This document shows positions 29,530 to 38,267 of a DNA stretch of 64,000 bases, in pieces. The position numbers and the translations under genes were made by a program. Positions within the stretch are counted from its first letter, which is position 1. Each line of letters opens with the position of its first letter. Source of the DNA: Methyloversatilis sp. (GTDB taxonomy: Bacteria; Pseudomonadota; Gammaproteobacteria; Burkholderiales; Rhodocyclaceae); NCBI RefSeq assembly GCF_030698125.1, contig NZ_JAUYNV010000014.1:3028-67027 (forward strand). The letters run 5' to 3'. The notes under the pieces are model-generated. The model was given only the letters and a program-made list of their open reading frames with translations. It ran no database searches and was not told the origin of the DNA.

Positions 29530-30192
29530 GTGCTCCGCTTGCTCGACCATATCGAGGAGTGGCTGATCACGCTGCTGATTGGCGTCGCCACCATCGTCAT
29601 TTTCGTCGCGGTTGTCCATCGCTACGCCAGCGGATACAGCATCCCCGGCGTGCAGGACTGGCTGCTGTCACTGAATCTCAGCTGGGCGCAGGAGCTGTGC
29701 ATCATCCTGTTCGTGTGGATGGCCAAGTTCGGCGCCGCCTACGGCGTGCGCACCGGCATCCACGTTGGTGTCGACGTGCTGATCAACCAGTTGCAACCTG
29801 CGCTGCGCAACAAGTTCGTCATTTTCGGACTGGCGGCCGGCGCGTTGTTCACCGGCATCATCTGTGTGCTGGGCAGTCACTTCGTGTGGGAAAACGGCGC
29901 CGCCTACGCGGTGCGCAGCACGATGGGGCTGGACATCGGTGATCTGTACGAAGGGCCGACCACGCCCGACCTGGAGTGGCCGACCTGGATGGTCTACATG
30001 GCGATCCCGCTCGGTTCGGGTCTGATGTGCTTCCGCTTCCTGCAGGTGATGACGACCTTCATCCGCACCGGCGAATTGCCGCATCACGATCATGCGCACG
30101 TCGAGGGCATGGACGAGGTCAAGCCCATCCTGGTGGGCGAGGCGGTCGAGAACGCCGAAGAAGCCGAGCACGCGAAGGGAGGCCGCAAATGA
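29530..30192 (+). CDS. dctQ: TRAP transporter small permease
   Basis: 220 aa with 4 TM helices, positioned between dctP and dctM. GTG start. Confidence 0.8.
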   Translation: MLRLLDHIEEWLITLLIGVATIVIFVAVVHRYASGYSIPGVQDWLLSLNLSWAQELCIILFVWMAKFGAAYGVRTGIHVGVDVLINQLQPALRNKFVIFGLAAGALFTGIICVLGSHFVWENGAAYAVRSTMGLDIGDLYEGPTTPDLEWPTWMVYMAIPLGSGLMCFRFLQVMTTFIRTGELPHHDHAHVEGMDEVKPILVGEAVENAEEAEHAKGGRK

Positions 30193-31475
30193 GCGCCGCC
30201 ATCATCTTCGTCATGCTGCTGGTGCTGATGCTGACCGGCATGCCGGTCTCGATCTCGCTCGGTCTGACGGTACTCACCTTCCTGTTCACGATGACCGACG
30301 TGCCGGTCGAGTCGGTGGCACTGAAGCTGTTCACGGGTATCGAGAAGTTCGAAATCATGGCGATTCCGTTCTTCATCCTGGCCGGCAACTTCCTGACCCA
30401 CGGCGGGGTGGCGAAACGCATGATCAATTTCGCCACTTCGCTGGTCGGTCACTTCCACGGTGGTCTGGGCATGGGTGGCGTGGTGGCCTGCGGTCTGTTT
30501 GCCGCGGTGTCCGGTTCCAGCCCGGCGACCGTGGCGGCGATCGGCGCCATCCTGCTGCCGGCCATGGTGAAGCAGGGCTTCCCGATGAAGTTCGGCGCCG
30601 GCATCGTCGCCAGTTCCGGCGCGCTGGGCATCCTGATCCCGCCGTCGATCGTCATGGTGATGTACGCGGTATCGACCAATTCGTCGATCGGCGCGCTGTT
30701 CATGGCGGGCGTGATTCCGGGCGCGGTGCTGCTGTTCATGCTGGGCTTCACGACCTGGTGGTACGCGAAGAAGAACAACTATCCGCGCATGCCCAAGGCC
30801 CCGGTGGCTGACCGCCTCAATGCCTTTCGCGAGTCGTTCTGGGGCTTGATGCTGATCGTCGTCGTGATGGGCGGCATCTACACCGGCATCTTCACGCCGA
30901 CCGAAGCGGCAGCGATGAGTGCGGTGTACGCCTTCATCGTGGCCGTGTTCGTCTATCGCGATCTGCCGCTGAAGCGCATTCCGAAGGTGCTGCTCGATTC
31001 GGCGAACATGAGCGCGATGCTGCTCTACATCATCACCAACGCCATCCTGTTCTCCTTCCTGCTGACCTCGGAGCAGATTCCGCAAGCGGTGGCGGCCTGG
31101 CTGGTGGATAGCGGTCTGGGTGCGCTGGGCTTCCTGCTGGTGGTGAATATCCTGCTGCTGATGGCCGGCAACATCATGGAGCCGTCGTCGATCATCCTGA
31201 TCACGGCGCCCATCCTGTTCCCGGTGGCGATGGCGCTGGGCATCGATCCGGTGCACTTCGGCATCATCATCACGGTGAATATGGAAATCGGCATGATCAC
31301 GCCGCCGGTCGGGCTCAACCTCTATGTGGGCAGCGGCATCGCGAAACTCGGCATGACCGACATGACCAAGGCAGTCACGCCCTGGCTCATCACCATGCTC
31401 GTGTTCCTGATGATCGTGACCTACTGGCCGTCGATGTCGCTGTGGCTGCCGCGTACGCTGGGCATGATGAGCTAG
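30189..31475 (+). CDS. dctM: TRAP transporter large permease
   Basis: Trimmed to ATG 30189 (MSAAIIFVMLLVLMLTGMPVSISLGL...), which overlaps the dctQ stop (ATGA). 428 aa, polytopic. Confidence 0.9.
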   Translation: MSAAIIFVMLLVLMLTGMPVSISLGLTVLTFLFTMTDVPVESVALKLFTGIEKFEIMAIPFFILAGNFLTHGGVAKRMINFATSLVGHFHGGLGMGGVVACGLFAAVSGSSPATVAAIGAILLPAMVKQGFPMKFGAGIVASSGALGILIPPSIVMVMYAVSTNSSIGALFMAGVIPGAVLLFMLGFTTWWYAKKNNYPRMPKAPVADRLNAFRESFWGLMLIVVVMGGIYTGIFTPTEAAAMSAVYAFIVAVFVYRDLPLKRIPKVLLDSANMSAMLLYIITNAILFSFLLTSEQIPQAVAAWLVDSGLGALGFLLVVNILLLMAGNIMEPSSIILITAPILFPVAMALGIDPVHFGIIITVNMEIGMITPPVGLNLYVGSGIAKLGMTDMTKAVTPWLITMLVFLMIVTYWPSMSLWLPRTLGMMS

Positions 31476-31511
31476 CGGCCGTTCGTTTTTGTCCGAAGTT
31501 GCAGCCCGCTC

Positions 31512-31548
31512 AAAACGCCGCTCCACTCCGGGGCGGCGTTTTGCTTTT
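31512..31548 (+). terminator. rho-independent terminator after dctM
   Basis: AAAACGCCGC-N11-GCGGCGTTTT followed by GCTTTT. Confidence 0.75.
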
Positions 31549-31685
31549 GTACGATTGATTCAAGCCAGGCGCTCCGCCGGTCGTTACTTGCAGAACGAGT
31601 CGGACGGCGCACCGCACCGAGAAGTCAAAACTATACAAGCGCCGCTCCATTTTCAGCCATCAATCTTGCTTCCGAGGAGGAAAAC

Positions 31686-32852
31686 ATGAGGAATCAACTC
31701 AGCGTACGAAAGGCGTTCATATTTCATTCACTGCTGGCGAGCGTCGTCAGCGTAATGACGCTCGGGGTGCAGCAAACGTTCTTTCCGGGCACGGTCGGCC
31801 TGCTGGCTGCCGGCGCGATCAGCTTTGCGGTAATCCTCGGCGTCGGTTTCTGGTTCGGAAACGGCTTTGGCCGGCGTGCCGAAATGCTCGTCAATGCGCT
31901 GCACAGCCTCGCTGAGGGCAAGCTGAACCACAAGCTCAACCTGTCGGGCAAGGACGACTTCGCCTGGCTGGGCTACGAGTACAACCAGGCCTGCAAGTCC
32001 TTTCGCAAGCTGATCGAGAAAATGACCGTACTGTCATCGACCCTGACGCGCTCGGCCGAAGAACTGTCGCAACTGACCATCACGGCGAACCAGAACGGTA
32101 CCAAGCAGTCGGACCGCATCCGCACCGTCGCCGAAGCGATGGAGGAAATGACGGCGTCGGCGCGTCAGGTTGCCGCCCTGTCGGCGGACATGGACACCAT
32201 CGTGCGCAGTACCGGTGACAGCACGCGCAGCGGCAAGACCGACCTCGAACATTCGATGGCAGGTGTCAGCCGCATTGCGGTCGAGATGGAAGAGTCGTTG
32301 ACCGTGATCGAACGGCTGGTGAAGGATTCCGAAGAAATCGCCAAGATCAACGACGTGGTGAAGGAAATTTCGGATCAGACCAACCTGCTGGCGCTGAACG
32401 CTGCGATCGAAGCCGCACGAGCCGGGGAACAGGGCCGCGGCTTTGCCGTGGTGGCCGACGAGGTACGCAAGCTGGCTCAGCGCACCCAGGGTTCGACCGC
32501 CGATATCGAACACATCGTCGCCAAGATCCGTCACGACGCGAAAGAAACCGTTGAACGTGTCGGACAGGCCAGCGAGCGGGTCAGCGGCGCCGTGAAGACC
32601 TCGCGCGGCGCGGTCGACACCTTCACCAACATTCTGCAGCGCATGGACGAACTGGTCAGCAAGTCCGGCGAAGTCGCACTGAGCATGCAGGAACAGGACA
32701 CCACGGCGCATGCCATCCTGCGCAATGCGGGCGAACTGTCGGCGCTGTCGGAGGACAACGCGCGCGGTGTGTCGATGACCGCCACGCAGGGGGAATCGCT
32801 GGCCGCGTCGGCGCGCGAACTCGAAGGCAGTCTGCGTACCTTCCAGGTCTGA
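31686..32852 (+). CDS. methyl-accepting chemotaxis protein without a periplasmic sensor domain
   Basis: 388 aa. Two adjacent TM helices with only a few residues between them, then a HAMP domain, then the signalling domain ([36 protein letters not shown]). Confidence 0.85.
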   Translation: MRNQLSVRKAFIFHSLLASVVSVMTLGVQQTFFPGTVGLLAAGAISFAVILGVGFWFGNGFGRRAEMLVNALHSLAEGKLNHKLNLSGKDDFAWLGYEYNQACKSFRKLIEKMTVLSSTLTRSAEELSQLTITANQNGTKQSDRIRTVAEAMEEMTASARQVAALSADMDTIVRSTGDSTRSGKTDLEHSMAGVSRIAVEMEESLTVIERLVKDSEEIAKINDVVKEISDQTNLLALNAAIEAARAGEQGRGFAVVADEVRKLAQRTQGSTADIEHIVAKIRHDAKETVERVGQASERVSGAVKTSRGAVDTFTNILQRMDELVSKSGEVALSMQEQDTTAHAILRNAGELSALSEDNARGVSMTATQGESLAASARELEGSLRTFQV

Positions 32853-32870
32853 TCAGCTCCGCAGAATGCG

Positions 32871-32905
32871 AAGGCCCGCTGGCATGCGCCGGCGGGCCTT
32901 TTTCA
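32871..32905. terminator. terminator between the convergent MCP gene and the cytochrome c gene
   Basis: AAGGCCCGC-N12-GCGGGCCTT followed by TTTT on the plus strand. The A-rich 5' flank gives partial function on the other strand. Confidence 0.7.
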
Positions 32906-32917
32906 TTGCGGGTGCCT

Positions 32918-33376
32918 TCAGCGGCTGCGTGAATCGACGTAGGTCTTGATCGCCCACACGGCCTCCTGTTTCAGGATGCCCTCCCACGCGGGCATGTGTT
33001 CCACACCCAGGATGTATTTGCCCTTGAGCACCGTAGTCACGAAGTAGTGGTCCACGTCGGCCAGACAGCGCGCTTTCAGCGCGGCGTCCTGCACCTTCTT
33101 GCAGTAGCGCTGCAGCCGGCGCAGCGGCGGGGCTGGGTGGCCCTTGGCATTCATGTCCGGGCCGTGGCATTTCGAACAGGTTTCGTTGTACAGCGTACGC
33201 CCGACGGCGGCGATCGTGTCGTCGTCGCGATAGGGATTGGCGTCGCGCCAGGCGTCGCCCAGCGCGGGCAGGGACGAGGTGTCGGTCAATGGCGCCGCGG
33301 GGCGTTCGGCCCCGACGGTGCCGGACAAGAGGATCAGCGAGGCGGTGAACAGCGCAGTCAGCAGTCGGGGTGTCAT
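32918..33376 (-). CDS. periplasmic cytochrome c, PedF/ExaB (c550)-like paralogue 1
   Basis: 152 aa with a signal peptide and a single CSKCHG haem site. Flanks are shared with the gene at 42481-42921 (NPYR.D, MP.(W/F)EG, EA.WAI..Y.D.R). It has a ~16-aa insertion containing two Cys. Confidence 0.8.
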   Translation of the reverse strand: MTPRLLTALFTASLILLSGTVGAERPAAPLTDTSSLPALGDAWRDANPYRDDDTIAAVGRTLYNETCSKCHGPDMNAKGHPAPPLRRLQRYCKKVQDAALKARCLADVDHYFVTTVLKGKYILGVEHMPAWEGILKQEAVWAIKTYVDSRSR

Positions 33377-33403
33377 GATGGGTCTCGGTAGTATTGATCG
33401 GGC

Positions 33404-34003
33404 TTACCAGTCCACCGGACAGCCGTCGCAGCCCTCGAAGCTCACGTCGAGAAATACGGCAAAGCGGGTGAAGCAGTTCTTCATGACGGCATTGCGGAAG
33501 TCGGCTTCCTGGAACTTGGTTTCCTGCATGTTCACGTCGATCAGCCGGGCGCCGTTCAGCCTCACATGGGTGGCGCGGGCGGCTTCCATGTTCGCCATCG
33601 ACAGGTCGGCATTGCTGAGGTCCGCGCGGAACAAGCGCGCGAACTCCAGATCGGTGGCAATGAGCCTGGCGCCGCGCAGCGACGCAGCAGGAATGTTCGC
33701 CTTCTGGACTTTCGCTGCGCTCAGATCGGCACCATCCAGCATGGCGCCAGCCAGATTGGCGCTGCGCAGGTCCGCGCGGACCAGTTTTGCACCGGTCAGG
33801 TCGGCACCCGCAAGATCGCGCAGCGACAGGTCGGCGTGACTGAGATCGACGCCGGGACAGCGGGTGTAGGGCCAGATGGGGCAGCCATTGATGACCAGCA
33901 CTTCTTCATGCGCGTCCTCGGCGGATGACGCGTCCACGGCATGGACCGGGGCAGTCAGGCTGGCAAGCAGCACACAGAAGGCGACGATGCGCGAAAGCTT
34001 CAT
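33404..34003 (-). CDS. secreted pentapeptide-repeat protein
   Basis: Trimmed to ATG 34003 (MKLSRIVAFCVLLASLTAPVHA). The body consists of A(D/N)LSx pentapeptide repeats (ADLSLRDLAGADLTGAKLVRADLRSANLAGAMLDGADLS...). Confidence 0.85.
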   Translation of the reverse strand: MKLSRIVAFCVLLASLTAPVHAVDASSAEDAHEEVLVINGCPIWPYTRCPGVDLSHADLSLRDLAGADLTGAKLVRADLRSANLAGAMLDGADLSAAKVQKANIPAASLRGARLIATDLEFARLFRADLSNADLSMANMEAARATHVRLNGARLIDVNMQETKFQEADFRNAVMKNCFTRFAVFLDVSFEGCDGCPVDW

Positions 34004-34200
34004 GGGCGGATCCGGAAAAGAAACCTGATCGTCACGGCCCCGGGAGCGACACGGCGCCCGGGTGCTTCCGACCGGTAGAGCAGCGGAGGAGTGGCCGCTG
34101 TTTTCCCCGGCTCGGGCGTGTCGATCAGGGATAAAGGAGCAGACCGCCGGCAGACGGCCCGCCTGAGGAGGAAATGACGGGGCCTCGCGGCCCCGCTGCA

Positions 34201-36063
34201 TCAGCGCTTCGGCAACTTGAAGGCCCAGAACGAGCCGCCCTGATTCACCTGCTTGGTCAGCTCGGCCATGTCGCCGCCCCACAGCGGCACGGCACCACCG
34301 TAGCCTGACGCGATGCCGACGTACTGCTCACCGTCCTGTTCCCACGTGATGGGCACCGAAACCACACCGGAGCCGGTCTGGAATTTCCACATCTCCTTGC
34401 CGGTCCTGGCGTCGAAGGCCTTCACGTAGCCGTCCGACGTACCCGTGAACAACAGGCCACCCGCGGTGGTCAGCGTGCCTGCCCACAGCGGGAACTGCTC
34501 CTTGTGTTCCCAGGCGATCTTGCCGGTCTTCGGGTCGATCGCCCGAAGCGTGCCGACGTGGTCATCAAACAGTTTCTTGATGCGGAAGCCCTGGCCGAGG
34601 TAGGCGGCACCCGCCTTGTAGGTGACGTTTTCCGCCCAGTAGTCCATCGCCCAGTGGTTGCCCGGAATGTAGAAAAGCTCGGTAACCGGGCTATAGGACA
34701 TCGGCATCCAGTTCGTTCCGCCGAGGAAGGGCGGCGACACGAAAATGCTTTCGCCCTTCTCTTCACCCGCCTTCGGCTTCGGCGGGTACTGGCTTTCGAC
34801 CACGTTCGGCATGCCGGTCTTGAGGTCGAAACCCTTGGTCCAGGTGATGCCATCGACAAACGGCCAGGCGCCGATCAGCGCAGTCTGCTTCCACGGGTAG
34901 CCGGCACCAGTGGCCAGCTTCTCGCGATCGGTCACGAAGAAGTAGCCGTTGCGGTCGGCGTGCGCCGAAGCCTTCACCAGCTTGCCGGTCTTCGGATCCT
35001 TGTACTCGAACAGCAGCACCGAATTGTTGCCCGAGAAGTCCCAGGCGTCGTTCGGCGTGTGCGAGAAGAAGCCCTTCAGTTCGCCGGTCGATGCATCGAC
35101 ATAGGCCTGGCCGGACGTGAACAGGCTGGGCCACTTGGACGGGCTGTCGCCTTCCTTGGTGCGCTTCCAGGTGTTCCACGGCGCCGGGTTGCCGGTGCCG
35201 ATCACGACCATGTTCTGTTCGACGTCGAACGAGGCGGTCTGCCAGGGGGCACCACCGCCGTGACTCCAGGCTTCGACCTTGCCGGTCGGCGAGCTGGGGT
35301 CATCCGGCCAGCTGGGAGCCTTGGCGTCGCCGGTCGGCGTGCTGTCCTTGCCGTTCAGCCGACCCATGTGGCCTTCGACCATCGGGCGCGCCCAGATTTC
35401 TTCGCCGGTGTCGACATCGCGTGCAAACAGATAGCCGATCACGCCGAATTCGTCACCCGACGAGCCGTGCACCAGCATGACGCGACCGCTCTTCTGGTCC
35501 TTCACGACAAACGGTGCGCCGGTCATCGTGTAGCCGATCTTGTGATCACCCCACTTCTTCGACCAGACGACCTTGCCGGTGTCCTTGTTCAGGGCGACCA
35601 TGCCGGCGTCCAGCGTGCCGAAGTACACCTTGTCGCCATAGATGGCAGCGCCGCGGTTCACCACGTCGCAGCACGGGCGGATGTCGTCGGGCAGGCGGTG
35701 CTCGTAGGTCCACAGCCGCTTGCCGGTCTTCGCTTCGATGGCATACATGCGCGAGTACGAACCGGTGATGTAGATGACGCCGTCGTGCACCAGCGCCTGC
35801 CCCTGCTGGCCGCGCTGCTTTTCGCCACCGAAGGAATAGGACCAGGCGGGGGAGAGCGCCGACACGGTCTGGGTGTTGATCTGTTTCAGCGGGCTGTGAC
35901 GCTGGGCCTTCATGCCCAGGCCGTAGGTCAGCACGTCGCCGGTCGTCTTGTCGTCGTTGACGATGTCTTCCCAGCTCACCGTCTTTGCGGCGTGGGCCGG
36001 GCTGGCGAGCAGCGCGCCGAGCGCGATGCAAAGTGCCGGGTTCTTCAGTGAAAACGTTTTCAT
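34201..36063 (-). CDS. PQQ-dependent methanol/ethanol-family dehydrogenase, Ca-type signature (D-F-S)
   Basis: Trimmed to ATG 36063 (AGGAG RBS; MKTFSLKNPALCIALGALLASPAHA). It has the vicinal-Cys ring [10 protein letters not shown] and W-propeller repeats. The active site is NDAWDFSGNN, with Ser344 (codon 35032-35034) at the position that is Asp in lanthanide enzymes. Confidence 0.85.
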   Translation of the reverse strand: MKTFSLKNPALCIALGALLASPAHAAKTVSWEDIVNDDKTTGDVLTYGLGMKAQRHSPLKQINTQTVSALSPAWSYSFGGEKQRGQQGQALVHDGVIYITGSYSRMYAIEAKTGKRLWTYEHRLPDDIRPCCDVVNRGAAIYGDKVYFGTLDAGMVALNKDTGKVVWSKKWGDHKIGYTMTGAPFVVKDQKSGRVMLVHGSSGDEFGVIGYLFARDVDTGEEIWARPMVEGHMGRLNGKDSTPTGDAKAPSWPDDPSSPTGKVEAWSHGGGAPWQTASFDVEQNMVVIGTGNPAPWNTWKRTKEGDSPSKWPSLFTSGQAYVDASTGELKGFFSHTPNDAWDFSGNNSVLLFEYKDPKTGKLVKASAHADRNGYFFVTDREKLATGAGYPWKQTALIGAWPFVDGITWTKGFDLKTGMPNVVESQYPPKPKAGEEKGESIFVSPPFLGGTNWMPMSYSPVTELFYIPGNHWAMDYWAENVTYKAGAAYLGQGFRIKKLFDDHVGTLRAIDPKTGKIAWEHKEQFPLWAGTLTTAGGLLFTGTSDGYVKAFDARTGKEMWKFQTGSGVVSVPITWEQDGEQYVGIASGYGGAVPLWGGDMAELTKQVNQGGSFWAFKLPKR

Positions 36064-36211
36064 CCTGACTCCTCTTTCAGTGTGATGTGTCGTGTCGGCG
36101 TCGCCGCTCGCCATGGCATCCGGGTGACGGGCTGCGACACGCACTGCAGCGTAGGCAGGCCGGTCGCAAGCTGTTGGTAGAAAATTCCCGCGAAAGCAGG
36201 GAGTCGGTCCC

Positions 36212-36232
36212 GGTCTTTGCGGGTGTTCCACT
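36212..36232. promoter_or_regulatory. inverted repeat GGTGTTC-N7-GAACACC; candidate enhancer (UAS) for the sigma-54 activator
   Basis: Perfect 7-bp arms, about 100-120 bp upstream of the -24/-12 element at 36331. TGAACAC(C) recurs at 38082-38088 and 38117-38124, upstream of the second -24/-12 element. Confidence 0.35.
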
Positions 36233-36330
36233 GTTGAACACCTTGATGTCGCGACCTGAGACAGCCGCATGGCGTTAAGCTCGCGCTTTGGGGTACCGGT
36301 GGCTGTTGTGCCGGAGGCCGATGCAGTCGA

Positions 36331-36346
36331 TGGCCCTCGACTTGCT
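36331..36346 (+). promoter_or_regulatory. sigma-54 (-24/-12) promoter of the SoxYZ-like/MBL operon
   Basis: TGGCCC-TCGAC-TTGCT: GG and GC at the canonical 10-nt spacing, 56 nt before the start at 36402. Confidence 0.6.
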
Positions 36347-36401
36347 TGCCTGAACAGGACGTTGCACTGACACAAAGATCGATAACGAGGAGTGGATCCC
36401 G

Positions 36402-37151
36402 ATGAAGCAGTTACTGGTGGCGCTCTGGTTGGCGCTGGGGCTTGGTGCAGCGGCCGGCGCGGCCGACCCGCTCGGTTCGTCGCGCTGGCCCGACCTGCAG
36501 CGCGAATATGCCGGCAACGCGCCGGTCACCTTCGATTCTCGTGTCGAGGTGCTGGCGCCCAAGGTGGCCGAAGATTCGATGAACGTGCCGGTCACGATCA
36601 AGTTCCGGAACCTGCCCGACGTGAAGCGCGTGCTGGTGGTTGCCGACTTCAATCCCATCGTCAAGGTGCTCGACTACCAGCCGCTACTGGCGCAACCCGG
36701 CCTGTCCTTCCGCATCAAGCTGCAGCAGGCCAGCCCCATCCGCGCGCTGGTGCAGACCGGCGACGGCAAATGGTATGCGGGCGGCGTGTGGGTCGACGCG
36801 GCGGGCGGCGGCTGCACGGCGCCCAGCACCGGGCGCAGTGCACCGGACTGGGCCAGCACGCTGAACCAGGTGCAGGCGCGCGTATTCCACGACGGGCAGA
36901 ACCAGCGCGTGCGGCTGCGCATCATGCATCCGATGGATACCGGCCTCGCGCCAGGCATTCCCGCCTTCTACATCGAGCAGCTGGCGGTCGAGGACGCCAG
37001 CGGCGAGGCGATGCTGCGTATGGAAACCTTCGAGCCGCTGAGCGAAAACCCGGTGTTTTCGTTCGACCTGCCGGATACCGGCAAGGCGGCACTGCGCGTG
37101 GTCGGTCGCGACAACAACGGCAACCGCATCGACGCGATGGTGCAGCCATGA
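36402..37151 (+). CDS. periplasmic fused SoxY/SoxZ-like carrier protein with a single Cys in a GGGC arm (quinoprotein-dehydrogenase-associated type)
   Basis: 249 aa with signal peptide MKQLLVALWLALGLGAAAGA. The only cysteine of the protein is in VDAAGGGCTAP (codon 36813-36815), at the junction of two beta-rich halves. Context sits between two PQQ dehydrogenases. Confidence 0.65.
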   Translation: MKQLLVALWLALGLGAAAGAADPLGSSRWPDLQREYAGNAPVTFDSRVEVLAPKVAEDSMNVPVTIKFRNLPDVKRVLVVADFNPIVKVLDYQPLLAQPGLSFRIKLQQASPIRALVQTGDGKWYAGGVWVDAAGGGCTAPSTGRSAPDWASTLNQVQARVFHDGQNQRVRLRIMHPMDTGLAPGIPAFYIEQLAVEDASGEAMLRMETFEPLSENPVFSFDLPDTGKAALRVVGRDNNGNRIDAMVQP

Positions 37152-38119
37152 TCGGGCGGTTCCTGCTCGCCCTCGCGCTGGCCGGTGGCACGCTGCTGGC
37201 GCAGGCGGCCGATCCGGCTGCCACGGACCGTTTCGACTACGGCCTCGTACCGCAGAAGATCGCCGACAACAGCTGGGCTTTCGTCGGCCGGACCGAGGAC
37301 ATCACCCGGGACAACGGCGGCAATATAGTCAATACCGCCTTTGTGGTGACGGCCGAGGGCGTTGTGGTGATTGACACCGGACCGTCACGTCGCTACGGCG
37401 AACAGATGCGGGCGGCCATCGCCCGCGTGACCGACCGTCCGGTCATCCGGGTGTTCAACACCCACCAGCACCCCGACCACTTCCTCGGCAATCAGTCATT
37501 CTCCGGCGTGCCGATGGCGGCGCTGCCGGCTGCGCAGGCCGGCATGCGGGAGCAGGGCGGAGCCTTCGCCGACAACATGTACCGCATGGCCGGTGACTGG
37601 CTGGCCGGCACCGAAGTCACCGTGGCGGATCAGGCGGCACAGGCGGGACGGCTGACGATAGGCGGTCACGAGTTCGAGCTGATCGCGCTGGAAGGGCACA
37701 CTGGCGGCGATCTGGCGATTTTCGACCGCACCACCGGCGTGCTGTACGCCGGTGACCTGATTTTCCTCGACCGGGCACCGACCACGCCGCACGCTTCGAT
37801 CACCCATTGGCGCGCCGCGCTCGACACGCTGGCCGCACTCCCGGTGAAGCGCACACTGCCCGGCCATGGTCCGGTGCACGACGACCGGCGCGGCATCGGT
37901 CAGACGCGCGACTGGCTCGACTGGCTCGACGACACGCTGAGTCGTGCTGCGACGAGCGGCATGGACATGGCCGAAGTGATGGTGCTGCCGATCCCCGAAC
38001 GCTTCGTGCAGATGCCGCTTGCGCGCAGCGAATTCGAACGTTCGGTGACACACCTGTATGGCCGCTACGAACAGCAGACGCTGAACACTGCTGCGCCTTC
38101 CCGATTGAAACAAAAATGA
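37148..38119 (+). CDS. periplasmic metallo-beta-lactamase-fold zinc hydrolase (quinoprotein relay-system type)
   Basis: ATG 37148 overlaps the upstream stop (ATGA). Signal peptide MIGRFLLALALAGGTLLAQA. Motifs: THQHPDH (HxHxDH), a later EGHTGGD, and LPGHGP. Confidence 0.7.
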   Translation: MIGRFLLALALAGGTLLAQAADPAATDRFDYGLVPQKIADNSWAFVGRTEDITRDNGGNIVNTAFVVTAEGVVVIDTGPSRRYGEQMRAAIARVTDRPVIRVFNTHQHPDHFLGNQSFSGVPMAALPAAQAGMREQGGAFADNMYRMAGDWLAGTEVTVADQAAQAGRLTIGGHEFELIALEGHTGGDLAIFDRTTGVLYAGDLIFLDRAPTTPHASITHWRAALDTLAALPVKRTLPGHGPVHDDRRGIGQTRDWLDWLDDTLSRAATSGMDMAEVMVLPIPERFVQMPLARSEFERSVTHLYGRYEQQTLNTAAPSRLKQK

Positions 38120-38133
38120 ACACCTGACCTGTT

Positions 38134-38158
38134 TCGCGCCGCTCGCAAGGTGGCGCGA
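38134..38158 (+). terminator. hairpin after the MBL gene (weak terminator or insulator before the next promoter)
   Basis: TCGCGCC-N11-GGCGCGA followed by CCGTATTT. It lies 15 nt after the stop and 25 nt before the -24 element. Confidence 0.3.
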
Positions 38159-38182
38159 CCGTATTTCCCCCTCGTTTGTACT

Positions 38183-38198
38183 TGGCCCGCTTCTTGCG
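38183..38198 (+). promoter_or_regulatory. sigma-54 (-24/-12) promoter of the lanthanide-type PQQ dehydrogenase gene
   Basis: TGGCCC-GCTTC-TTGCG, 70 nt before the start at 38268. It has the same TGGCCC variant as the promoter at 36331. Confidence 0.6.
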
Positions 38199-38267
38199 AT
38201 CGCTGCTAGCCGATCAAGGGAAGACATCCCGGCAAACAAGAGACAAACTCACCACTGAGGAGGAAGT

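Noticed and set aside
36064-36330. Sigma-54 promoter for the Ca-type dehydrogenase operon on the minus strand.
   Set aside because: The best candidates (TGGAACACCCGCAAAG and GGGACCGACTCCCTGC on the sense strand) have wrong spacing or multiple mismatches in the -24 box.
36392-38119. 575-aa ORF spanning both the SoxYZ-like and the MBL genes.
   Set aside because: Only its C-terminal 323 aa (from ATG 37148) look like a real protein, with a signal peptide and HxHxDH. The N-terminal part is an out-of-frame read through the SoxYZ-like gene with an Arg/Gly/Ala-rich composition.
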